From assembly GCA_032718475.1 (NCBI GenBank), contig JAUCBJ010001004.1, forward strand, positions 4,067 through 68,066: DNA of 64,000 nt, written 5' to 3'. Of the stretch, positions 10,320-22,587 are shown piece after piece; the first letter of the stretch is position 1; every line of letters starts with the position of its first letter. This DNA comes from Nemertoderma westbladi. Lineage: Eukaryota; Animalia; Xenacoelomorpha. Position numbers and translations under genes: made by a program. The notes below the pieces were generated by a model. It made no database searches. It was not told the origin of the DNA and saw only the letters and a list, made by a program, of their open reading frames with translations.

Positions 10320-11230
10320 ACCACAACTGTCATCCGCTTTATCAGTACCGGTAGTGTTTTACTCTTCCAACACTGTAGTCACAGTCTACTGATATCAGTA
10401 CAGCAGTAATCTGAAGCAATAGCATACTGCTGTCATGATCCGGATTACACGCAGGGGTCTCACATACAGGGATTAGATCACCTACCCAAACAATACAGTA
10501 CTGCAGTACTGTCGTTGTTGTTGTAACAGCATAGTCAGATACAGCATACTGATTTCCTTTGATTAGCATTGTACTGCAGTACCAGTACTACAGTATTAAT
10601 GTAACAGTACCTGCAGTAACAAACTAAGCCAATGTAGGCCTATACAATATCGTGAGCCAGTTACAATCAGATGTGTACGCAGTCAGCCACACTGCAGGGA
10701 TGCGGTCAACCTCACAGCTAGCCTCGCAGTTCCTATCCACAACTGTCATCTACTTTATCAGTACAGCAGTAATTTGATGCAATAGCATTTGTTTTTTTTC
10801 ACCTATAAGGATACTGCTGTCTACCCGAACCTTGATTAGCATACTGCTGTCATAACCTAGAAGGTACGCATGGCTCTCACATATAGGGATTAGATCACCT
10901 ACCCAAACAATACAGTACTGCTGTACTGTCGCTGTTGTTGTACTGCAGTACCGGTACCGCAGTATTAATGTAACAGTACCTGTAGTAACAAACTAAGCCA
11001 TTGTATACAATATCGTGAGCCAGTTACAATCAGATACTGTCGTTGTTGTTGTAACAGTATAGTCAGATACAGCATGCTGATTTCCTTTAATTAGCATTGT
11101 ACCGCAGTACCGCTACTACAGTATTAATGTAACAGTACCCGCAGTAACAAACTAAGCCATTGTATACAATATCGTGAGCCAGTTACAATCGGATGTGCGC
11201 GCAGTCAGCCACGCTGCTGGGAAGCGGTCA
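10320..11230. repeat. Imperfect duplicated blocks between convergent Polinton gene arrays
   Basis: cagtattaatgtaacagtacc.g.agtaacaaactaagcca..gt...tacaatatcgtgagccagttacaatc occurs three times (~10590, ~10960, ~11120); gggattagatcacctacccaaacaatacagtactg occurs twice. Confidence 0.7.
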
Positions 11231-11269
11231 ACCACGCAGTCAGAGCAGCATCGCTGCCACCCTCGCGAG

Positions 11270-11420
11270 CAGCCTCGCGGCACGCAGTCAGCCTCGCGGC
11301 ACGCAGTCAGCCTTGCGGCACGCAGTCAGCCAGCCTCGCAGCCAGCCTCGCGGCACGCAGTTAGCCTCACGGTCGGTCATGCAGTCAGCCAGCCAGCCAC
11401 GCAGCTAGGCACGTAGTCAA
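11270..11420. repeat. GC-rich ~19-bp tandem repeat
   Basis: About four copies of gcctcgcggcacgcagtca plus partial units. Confidence 0.8.
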
Positions 11421-11510
11421 CCCGCGAGAGTCATACTTATTCAAACGAGGTTAGTTTTCCCTAACTACCGATAGATTGATTGAAAAATAATAATGTTTAA
11501 TTTTCACCTT

Positions 11511-11795
11511 CTAATCACCAATATATTCTACACCTAAAGTCACAACACCAAACATTAATAAATAATTAACAAGTTTACTAAATATAGGGTAATAAATGTG
11601 AAATTTGCTAGGTGAACACATTAAAGTACATTTACCGGTATGAAAGCAGCAAATGACTACGGTATTATTTATTCTTATTTTGCAATTATTAAAAATTTCA
11701 GGTTCATATATAACTTGAAGTTGCACATTATCAAAGACAACATAAAACCCGGTATTGTTTATCAATAACCTATAGACTACAGACTTAATACTAAA
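11511..11795 (-). pseudogene. TBP-like gene of the Polinton, 3' half (split by element A)
   Basis: IYEPEIF...ICCFHTGKCTLM...YYPIF resembles TBP repeat 2 (YEPELF...LIFVSGKVVLTG...IYPIL). In frame with 44808..44539 after removal of A and one TSD copy. Confidence 0.8.
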
Positions 11796-11800
11796 AATAT

Positions 11801-13060
11801 TGTACGCGCTTTTGAAGACCTTTAGCAGTTTAACCTGCCAAAATTTATATGTCTTTTGGTTTATAAATAGACTTTAGAAGTTGACAAATATTTAATACCA
11901 ATAAACACAACATTAGCAGAAGCCAGCCTAGTGCGCGTCCATTCACCCGCTGGATATACCCGGGAGACTGGATTCTGAGGGCTTAGATTATTATTGCAGT
12001 GTAAGCTTACTGTATTATTCGATTGATCGTTAATAAATAATTTCTGACTAATATTATTCACTTTCGGGAAATATTAACAGTTCCTTTAGGACGTGGCGCT
12101 CTATCTAGGTAAACAGAGATATGACTTATACTAATCACAACGGTAAGTCGGTGAGGCTTATGATTCAAGTATGAGGCGCATTCTTTAGGAAATGCTTAGT
12201 TATCAGTCACAATCAGGCACACTACCGGTAACACACAATACTGCTCAATAATTTGCCGACCGTCAATGAATTTTATCATATATAAAGAGAACAGCAATGG
12301 ACTCATGTAGTGCTTATCAAATAGCATTAAATTCACTACAAACCACAATAATATAAGTCGCAATCGCTATATATAACCCGTCTCTCTAACCTGTAGTGTA
12401 TCAAGAAAATTGGGAAATTTGGGTTCTTTATAAATGTTCTCCAAATAATATTCAACCAAAACACAACAGTAAAAAGCATTAAGACGGTAGGTTAAGATAT
12501 GAAATGACAATGTATATGCCGATTGAGTCGAGTTGATTGAGTTGAGTTGATAACAGTTATACGCTCTATAATTTAAGCCTACTAATGTTTCTTCTAAAGT
12601 ATGAAAACGAATTGACTCTAGAGCCGGTGTTCCTGGCCTAGATAGAAACAACACAACAGTATCAAGAAAAAACAGTAAGACTGAACACTCCTAGTATGAT
12701 CGGCCGAATATCTCCACATCGACAGAAAAAATCGCTCTGATTGGCTTAAGCTAAACAAAGAACCATGTGTCCAATGGCCGTTTCCATGTCAGCAACCAGC
12801 TGTTAGATGTCGTAATCTGAATCATCAAGGCTAAGCTGTGTAAAGGTATTTGGTGCATTGCGGGTTTTTTGCCTTACCATGTCCGCCAAAGCACGTATAT
12901 AGAAGAATGACTTTTATGTCCGTTAAAACACCTATAACGGTACCTTGCGGGCGAGGGGAATATATATATAGTTAGAGAGCCTTTTAGAGTATTCCAGCGC
13001 CTGGGGGTAAACTGGATTGCGAAGCAAAAGGGCCAGTTATATCCCACAGAAGCTTTTACA
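11801..13060 (-). repeat. 3' LTR of element A
   Basis: Near-identical to 43279-44538 (about 7 substitutions seen by eye). Preceded on the minus strand by PPT-like ctgggagcgg. Confidence 0.95.
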
Positions 13061-13138
13061 CCGCTCCCAGAAAATGGGATTTGAGTCTATAAAATATACA
13101 AAATCACAGTTTCTAATATACGTAAATACTCTAAACAG

Positions 13139-14590
13139 TTAGTCTTTCTTGCGCGGACGGCGTTTACGCAGTTTTTTAAAGCTAGCCAGAGTCCTTTTCT
13201 CTTTGGGGCGAGCCACTTTACAAGGAGGGCTATAACTCCTGGGTGAAGGGTGCAATATGATTGCATCAGAGGGTGTAGGATTATGGTCGGTGTATCCGCC
13301 AGTCGAAGTACCGGGTTGATTGACATCAACGTCAGGGGAGAGGGGTCTAACGGCTTTGAGAGCTCGTTTCAAGACAGCCGCTCTTACGGGTCCTTTACGA
13401 GTGGTCTGAACGAGGGCCGTGGGTGGACCATAGGCAGTTAGAAACCTCCTGGGTTTAATGGTTCTTTCCAACTCGCATTCGCGGGCTCGGTATTCGTAAG
13501 GCCGTCGATATACTTCCTGTAACTCGGGGTGTGAGTTAACAAATAAGTCTCCATAGTCTGGGTCCTGACGGATATAATTGATTAAGTTATAGGAATGAAG
13601 GTCGCTAGGATTAACACTCCTAAGAAATTTGCGTACGAACTTGGTTGAAATACATTCTCCGACGCGCTTCAGTAGTTCGTAACTCGATATGCGTGATTTC
13701 TGTTCGACAGAAGCGGATAGGTAAGGATGGAACGCATAAACTCCTTCGTAAGCGCGTCCAGGATAATAGCGATGGCGCGAATCACAATGTAAATCAGCGT
13801 TCGCTTCCCAAGCTCTGATGTAACGTAGTGTGATCATTTCATCTACGCTTTCCAAATCGCGATTAAAAGGGCAATCGAAACTGGCGTGTCCCTTTAGTTG
13901 ACAATGGTGACATTGAGTCATAAATTGAGGGCAAACCGCAAAAATGTGCAAGTTATTGAGTCTGCAATACGCGCAATAAATTTCCATCGCCGGTTGTTCG
14001 TGGAAATAGGAACAGCGGACGACGTTTGTGTCCATGGGCGTAACATGGTCTCTCGATGCGCATAACCGACAACGTTGCCGAGAAACATAGTTGGCATGGC
14101 GATAATTGTACGCAGTGAGACACTGTGGACCTTGATACCATTCTAGGATGTAATCGTTGTCGCTGTTCCGGGCGCGATAGGCTGAATCTCCTCAGATTCT
14201 AGGCATATTGGTTCGTCTTCCCAGTCTGTTACGAATAGAATTTTCGTGATCTATTCTCGGTTTATCGTTACGACTCCGCTGGGTATAATATTTAAATAGA
14301 ACCATTTCCCTTTCGGTGTCTACATCGTCCGTATCATGTAAATCGATAGGATGGCAGGTAGTTAGGAAGTCCATATACGCACTATTACGATGCGTATAGC
14401 GAGCGGTGAATTTTCGATAGTCCAATTCACGCGTAAATTGCTCTTGGGACATCGGCGGTTCGATATAACGACCATCGTCCTCCGTAATGGTTGGATCGAT
14501 TTCACCGCGTATCAAGCTATCCACAAATGCTTGTAAAGGTAGAGTATATCGCTCCCTGATACCAAGATCATCTTCTATCAACTCCGTCAT
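13139..14590 (-). pseudogene. Accessory ORF of element A (Cys/His zinc-knuckle protein), internally deleted
   Basis: 14590..14192 and 14035..13139 are homologous to B ORFs 32435..32800 and 32894..34669; roughly 0.8 kb of the B sequence is missing at ~14225. Confidence 0.85.
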
Positions 14591-16224
14591 ATCTGCTATC
14601 TGAGTTTATTAATATCGAAATGAGTTTATGTTTAGGCGAGCGGACGTCGCTGCCTACCTCTCTTTGCCCCCGGACAGTGGGATTCTCAGCGCCGATGTAC
14701 CGTCGTCGCGGTGTTTACGCCAACATGTAGCAACAGCACGACAACGATAACCGGCACAAGTCACTCCACTGTCCGTCCCAAAGGCTTGAATCCACTTTAG
14801 GTTCTTTCTATAGGAGAGTTGGGCTACTTTCACAATTGCGACTAGCTACTGTAAACATACTTTAGCAGTAACATTCACCTATAAACGCACAAATTCCACA
14901 CAACTGTCACCAATTGTACACATACAGGCCATTTGTCCGTTAGTCAGTGCATTCCAGAATGTCACGTTATTACTGTATATCCTTGGATACTAACAGTGTG
15001 CTATGTATTCTCTATGCTATGCAATGGGACAAGCTTTCTATTGTTCTCTTAACTTGCTTCTAATTCTAGCGTGGGTGTTGCTATGGTGACATTATGGAAT
15101 GCTAGCGGTAGAATTAGGGTAATTCTCATGCATACAGATCTGGGATGCTATTTAATAATAATTCTTTAATTGTCAATATCCTCTTTATGGATGATTTTAT
15201 TAATTTTATCGGCTATTGACTATATGTTGGAGATTCTCGCACTCTAATACACTCAATAGGATGAATCTCCGCTCCCATGATCTATTAATTAATGGAGTTT
15301 TGGGAATGTTATAAATTGCACAAAATGACAATTTATGAAATTCATTTAAAATATGAATTTAAATCTATTCCCGTGAATTTTATTATTTGATGTTAAAATT
15401 GACACAATTTTTATTCCAGAGCACGTCTGGGGACTGAGGATCCTGAATTCTATAAATTGTCTTTTAAGAGTATCGGTAAGTGCTGCGATATCTTAATTGA
15501 CTAGAAATTTTAAAGGATCTGAATTTTACAGATTTTAATAAATATTAAATTAATATTTAAGATGGGCACCGATTTATTCCAGAACTTGTCTGGGGACGTT
15601 AACCACTGATTCTAGAATTTGTCTTTCAAGTATATCGGTGGGTGCCGCGATATCTTAATCGACTAGAATTACAGATGGTCAAAAGGTTTAACAGATTTAT
15701 TTGCGTTTTACGCTACTGTTATAGGGACATCACGCTACTATATGTATTATTTAATATAAGGTAGAAGAGCAATATCGCACGAAGCAATGTCAGTGTGAAG
15801 AGGCAAGTCGTTTCCAAGGTCTACCCAGAGCTTGGTTTAGCCGAGACACGAGGATCTGAACTTTGCATTCCTAATACTCTGCCTACCAATATACTTGAAT
15901 ATAGTAGTGGCTTTATTGTACTTTACTAAGTACGAAGTACGGACATTTCATCTTACTGTAGTCACGTATTTACAATATGATACGGACAGTAAGGAAAGAG
16001 AAAAATAATTATTTTCTCGCCGTCGCACTAAATATATATTATAAGTAATTACGTAAGTAATAAACACTAATACATTGCACTAATCTACTAAATAATCACT
16101 AAAATAACATTCTACTAAATAAAATTGAATAAAAGCGATTATAACAAAGTACATAATAAAGTTCGCATATAAAAATATAATAAAATATATAAAACAATGT
16201 AGTCATACACCCACTCCAGACGTA

Positions 16225-19126
16225 TCACGTTGGGGAGTCCCTAGATGTTTGAGGAATTAGGGAGGTGGTCGTGGGAAGAGTATCTTGCCTTCCATAGTTT
16301 CCGGAGAGTTCTCTGTCTCTTTCCAGTAAACATAAACGACCAACTGGGCGATTGAGTTGTTGCGTCTCAAAGATTATGCCTGGTTTCTTGAAGTTACGCC
16401 GCATGACGATGAGTTCTACCGAGCGTACTAAACCATCATCCGAGATGTGGGTCTCGATGATACGACCTGTCTGCCACCGTTTACGTGGGAGGTCTGGATC
16501 TACAATAAGCACCATATCTCCGGCGCTGACGTTTTCTTGCTGCGCAAACCACTTAGTTCGAAGTTGTAGCGTGGGCAGATAATGTTTCTCGAAATGGTCA
16601 GCGAAACGACGGGATAGCAACTGCATAAGTTGCCAAGTTCGACGGCAGTATTCGTCTCCGTCGGCAATCTCCGATCGTGGGAGCATGGCTACAGGTTTCT
16701 TCAGTAGGAAGTGCGCGGGTGTTAGAGCTTCCAGGGAATCGGGACTCGATGAGACTGGCATCAGCAGTCTCTCGTTGAGATAGGCAGCTATTTCCTCCAT
16801 TAACGTCCGCAAAAGTTCGTCGGTGAGATACGCGCGGCATGGCACTATAAAGTGAAATGCGGTCTTAACACTTCTAATTAATCAGCTGGTCGTCCACCTG
16901 TCTTTGGTTCCAGTCCTTCACGTAAGCCTGTATTTCGTTGTTGGCACCAATGAAGTTCGTTCCCTTATCAGATCTCATGGTATTACTCGTCCCGAAGCGA
17001 GCGATCTGTCGGCGTAAACTTAAGACGAAGCTGTTGGTAGATAGATCGTTCACCATATCGAGATGGATGGCTCTACAAGTCATGCATACGAAGATGACAC
17101 ACCATCTCTTGACTATAGTCCTCGCACGATATACTTCGATAGGGCCAAATAAATCTACACCAGTATTAGTAAAAGGTGGTTCATAGAAGCTTACTCGTTC
17201 CCTAGGTAATTCTGCCTCTCGCTGTGTTAAAGGCCTACTGAATGCTTTCCTACAGGGTATGCAGTTCCTAAGAACTTGGTTCAGAGCTCTACAGGGTTTA
17301 TCAAAATAATAGCGAGTTCGAATTTCGCTAAGAACTCGTTCTCTACCAGCATGATAAAGTTTGCTGTGGACATCTACAATCATCTTGATTTGTACTTCAA
17401 GATTTCTAATGAGTATGGGGAATTTAGTGTCAAAGGATAATGGCGCATTGGTGAGTCTTCCTCCAACACGTATTAACCCATCTATCATTGTGCTAGAGAA
17501 TCGATCCCTTAAGCGCATCTGCGGATTTCTCAACAACAGGAAATACTTATCGGAATCCTCATAGCATTGCAGGAGTCTCAGTATCTGCTTATTTGTTTCT
17601 TCATGCTCCTGGTGACTAATTTTCTCCTTTAGAAAACGGTCAGATGTCTTATATTTGGGTAAATTTTTAATAACATGAACTTGCGCAGATGTCAATGGAG
17701 CGGTATCACTAATGGTCTTCGTCCTGGAGTAGTGATGATGAAAACATCGCCTTAAATATGTGACGGCTTTACAGAGCCGATTCCAGGAACTGTAGTGATG
17801 CATTGCTCTCTGCAGCATGGGTGAGATTCCTTGCGAGACGTCTGGTATTCCAGATTTCCAATCTCTATCTCTAATTTCCACAACAGACTTATTTGTGGTG
17901 AGGGATTGTGGATCCGAAGCATCGTTTCCGGAAGTATGTAATACAGATAGATCGATAGTCGGTTTAAATAACTTCGATTTACTCGCCCGGGTTTTAGGTT
18001 TGACTGTCTCCGCTCCCTTGGCTTGTCTAATCTCCGCCGTAATAAGGTGAGGAGGCCATTCATCCTCTTCCTTGCTCAGGAAGTCGGGTCCACCCAACCA
18101 GTCTGGAGTATCTATCAGTTCCTGTGGAGTTGCTCCCCTGGAGGCGATATCGGCTGGATTAATCGTACCAGGGCAATGTCTCCATTGATCTATCTTTGTG
18201 CGACTAAGAATAATAGCTACCCTGTTAGTAACAAAAACGCTGAACTGACAGACTTCATTGGTTAGATACTCCAACACGAGTAAAGCGTCGGTCCAATAAA
18301 CCGTTTTCTCCAGTGGATAGTCGATTTGTTCCGTTACGTTCCGGCCGATGGCTGTAGCGTATAAAGCCGCCTTTAACTCCGCTCGAGGAACCTTTAACTT
18401 GTTGTTAATCAATGCCTTAGAGGTAACCAAGGCGACTTTGATTCCATCCGGGGTTTCGACTCGCAGATATGCTACTATACCTATTCCCATGTCGCTGGCG
18501 TCTCCAAACACATGGAGTTGATAGGAATACGTAGGAAGAACATGGCCAAAATATGCACGGGAAATTATAAAGTTCTCGATGGCAGGTAGAGAATCTTCCC
18601 ATTTCATCCATTTCTTTAACAATTCTCCCTTAAGCGGATCGTCCCATGAGTGGTTTTCAAGCCACATTTGTTGTACTAAACTCCGAGCAATCAATATAAC
18701 TGGGCTAATAAATCCCAATGGGTCGAAATAAGTGCTCAGGATACTTAAACAAATCCGTTTGGTCCGAACTGGATTATCTCGCTGTTTTAACTGAAAAAAC
18801 AGGATGTCTCTTTCAGTGTCCCACTTCAAGCCAAGCGTCTTGGTTTCAGGAAGATCGTCCTTTATTAAGTCTAGATCTTTCGCTCCTCGGTCTGCTACCG
18901 GTATAGCTTCCAGAAACTCACGGGAGTTGCTGGTGAATTTCGTCAGTCGAAATCCACCTCTTTTCAAACACTCTACCGTTCCTTTTGCGACATCTATGGC
19001 TTCTTCTACTGATGGAAGGGACCTTAAATTGTCGTCCATGTATATATTCCGTTTGATGTTGTCTATCACCTCTTTTGAGAAGGAGTCTCGGTTGTCATGG
19101 AGCAGGCGTTGGAAGGGCTTGATATG
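16225..19126 (-). pseudogene. Element A pol, 3' part (RT C-terminus, RNase H, integrase)
   Basis: YMDD, LHVFGDAS, NPADIASRG, GVDLFGP, SDKGTNF, YLPTLQLRTKW. Small deletions at ~19097 and ~16875 relative to B. Confidence 0.92.
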
Positions 19127-20332
19127 TGTAAAAGCTTTTGTGGGATAACTGATTCGTTTGCCTTGTTGGCCAGTTCCCCCCCAGTCGCTAGAATACTCTC
19201 AAAAGGGATCTATAGCTAAAAATAGTGCAAGTTACCAGCTTATTGGCTGATTTGTTGTACGCAGGCATCTGGGCTCTGTTTAATCGGCCAACAAGCCTAG
19301 GGAGGTTGCATCATAGCCTTGTTTTTGTATCTCCCAATAGAATTTGAGTTAGCCTTGATTTTGACCTATCACAGAGCTACTGAACTGAAATTTTCCTATC
19401 TCACTGCTCTTTCTCTGTGTTGAAAGGGAGCTTCGTGGAATAAGGGTAGTTGGTATCCTCGTATAGAGCAGTAGTCACGAGTTTTTCAAAGCCACGAAAG
19501 AACGGCTTTGTAGTGTTTTATGCTTTCTGCTTTTTAGCTCAACACTAGTAGGTTTAATTATAAGGACATATATCCTTTAACTGGCGACCGCATTTGACAC
19601 ACCGTACCACACGGCTTTTAATAACTGCTGAAACTGCTAAAATTTACCTGCTCAATCAATACTGTGTACTGCTATTTGTTGTCGGTTATTCATTATATTG
19701 GTTGATGAATTATTATATTGGAATAACGAGAAATAACCCCGACACCCAATATTCTTGATATACCGAAGGTAAGAGAGAAAGGTTACCAATAACGATTGTG
19801 ACTTATGTTAAAGTGGTTTGAAGTGAATCTAATGTTATTTGATAGACCCTACATGAGTCAGTCTGTGTTCCTTTTATATGTGACTAAAATCAGTGAAGAT
19901 TGGCAGATTAGTGTGCAGTATTGTGCAGCATTGTGTATGAGTGAGTCTGTTAAAGAAGCATTTCCTAAAGAATGCGCCATATATGTGAATTATAATTAAG
20001 CCATATCGTTGTGAGTAGTTTAAGTCATAACTCTGTTTATATAGATAAAGCGCCACGTCCTAAAGGAACTGTTAATATTCCCCGAAGGTGAATAATATTG
20101 TCAGAGATTATATAATACTGTCAGTCGAATAATACATTAGGCTTACATAGCAATAAAATTAAACCGTCGAACCCAATCTCCCGGGAATATCCAGCGGGTG
20201 AATGATCGCGCACAGATTGGTTTCGACTAGTGTAGTGAATCAAATACTTGTCATAGGCTAAAAAGCGATTTAATATCTAGAAGACATCTTAATTTGGCGG
20301 GTTAAACTGCCAAAGGTCTGAAAGCGCGAACA
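19127..20332 (+). repeat. 5' LTR of element B
   Basis: Near-identical to 34748-35953 (2 substitutions noticed). Confidence 0.95.
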
Positions 20333-20409
20333 TTAAAGGATATAGCTTCTTTATTGCAGTAAGCAATAAAGTTGAAAGTACCGGTCAACCGGTAAACCTG
20401 AACGGTACA

Positions 20410-21240
20410 TCTGTAGGTCAGTAGGCCCAACCGCCAGAACCGGTACTGCCGTAGGTCCGTAGGTCCAACTGCCAGAACCGGTACTTCTGTAGGTCCGTAG
20501 GCCTAGCTGTCCTAACCGGTACTTCCGTATAAGTACACTAGTATTATTCGATTTGATTGTTGCATACCGGTAGGCTGTTAAGGGATTAGGGATTGATCAC
20601 CCCTTATTCCTTTATATGGTTTACTTATTTCTGTCAAGTTTTATTTATTTGTAGGCCAGTATTGAACAGAAGGCGTGTAAACCTGATCAGATTGTACAGA
20701 CGATTTGTAGGCTGAGCTGTTGTCTGATTGCTGTTAAGTCCGAACGAATTGCAGTGTGTGTAGATCACCTGTCCGATTAAGTACGGTTAGGAAGTAGGGG
20801 CAGCGAATGCTGTAAGGTAAACCCTCAACTAAAGAATAAGTCGTACTACTGGGTTAGAACGTATACTCCCTAATCATTTCGGAGTCTGCATGTCCTGTAG
20901 TTTATTTAGGCTTGAGAGTAGTCTGCCATCGTTTAGTCTGTACTTTGTTTGTGTAAGTCTGTACGGGTAGCGTATAATTTTATTTAGATAATTTGTAGGC
21001 TGGATAGTTGTCTGGCTGTTATTAGGTCTGAACGGATTGCAGTGTGTGTAGATCACTTGTCCGATTAAGTACGGTTAGGAAGTAGGGGCAGCGAACGCTG
21101 TAAGGTAAACCCCCAACTAAAGAATAAGTCGTACTACTGGGTTAGAACGCATACTCCCTAATCATTTCGGAGTCTGCATGTCCTGTAGTTTGTTTAGGCT
21201 TGATAGTAGTCTGTCAGTGTTCGGTCTGCATTTTGTTTGA
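20410..21240 (+). repeat. Leader repeats of element B: ~38-bp tandem x3 and a ~290-bp duplication
   Basis: gtaggtccgtaggtccaactgccagaaccggtac units at ~20411-20525; ~20750-20950 is repeated at ~21040-21240. Equivalent repeats occur in A (~42400-43210). Confidence 0.75.
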
Positions 21241-22587
21241 GTAGTTTGTACGCGTAGCGTAATATTTATTATTCAGAGTTTATGCGATTATCCGCAACAT
21301 TCATTCCCCAAGTTTGTTCCTACAGTAATTGTGTTTGTTATACATACCGCTATAGTTAAATTAACCCCGGTACTACACGGGCTGCTTGGCGTAGGTAAAG
21401 ACTGGTGATTCTGTGCATCGGTCACTCCAGCAGATGCCGTGGTTCTTTTAGCTGTTCAAGTATATTTAACTACTGATTATCTGTTGTACAAGTACTCGTA
21501 CCTAATTTAGGGTTTAGTGTACAGTGCTTTCCGAAAGTAATTAGTGAAGACATTATATTTGTGTTGTAAAGTGGTTGATAGGCACGTTCGATTAGCTCTA
21601 TTAACTTCTAGGTAGGAACACTCCGTGATACATAACGTAGAACCTATAGCGATACGGCTATAGGTCGTCAGGCGGTGGTATTTTCCTATCTGGACAACGC
21701 AGTGTATTTACTACTACTTATTATTTCAAATACCGTAGTATCCTGTCCGTTGTAATAACCAGAATTCTAACCCTTTGTTAGGCTGGTTAGTAGACTTCTT
21801 GTAAAATTACCCTAAAAATTCGTATTTTGTGTTTTTTGTAAATTTTTGTGTTTATTTAGAGATTGTAATCTCAACCCGAATTGTACGTAATTTGTAGTAT
21901 TAAGTAACTTAGGTAAATTAGTATTATTTGTTTTAGTGTCCTATAAGTAACACTTCACTGAAAGCGCACCGCTTTGTGTAGTGATTACTCCCCAGAAATA
22001 ATAACATTTATTTCAAACATTGACTAAACCCATTCAAACGGGTATATATATATTATAAATCAAATCTAACAATTTATAAATAGTAGGCCTACCATATACC
22101 AATTAGGTCTCAATATCAGTTGGACTACTGCTTAAATAACGGTAATAAAGTAAGTTAAAGTAACCAAGTAACCCTAAAGTTCAGAAATTCAATTATTCTA
22201 AAATAATTGATATACCGGTATTTACGATAGGCCTATTATAATATTTATATTTGTGCTGAAAGCATACCGGTATTCTGTAATTAATTCAGTTAATAATTAT
22301 ACTTATATATACACTACAAACTGTCAGCTGTACCGGTATTCCCGATAGGCCTATTATATATTTATATATATTTGTGCTAAAATTATACCGGTATTCGGTG
22401 ATAAACCTAGTCTGTAATAATAGTTATATATACTATAAGCATACCGGTATTCTAATATATTATATATATATCACGCTACACTGAGTAGCAGTACCGGTAA
22501 TTAATTATTAGGCTAGCAGTTAATACTGAGTTACTAGACTTGCTCAGACTGTAATACAGCAGTAGACATTCAACTGTATACATAGTC

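Noticed and set aside
11861-12654. Small ORFs in LTRs (also 19805-20056, 35426-35677, 43339-44132)
   Set aside because: They recur only because LTRs are duplicated and are not conserved between A and B.
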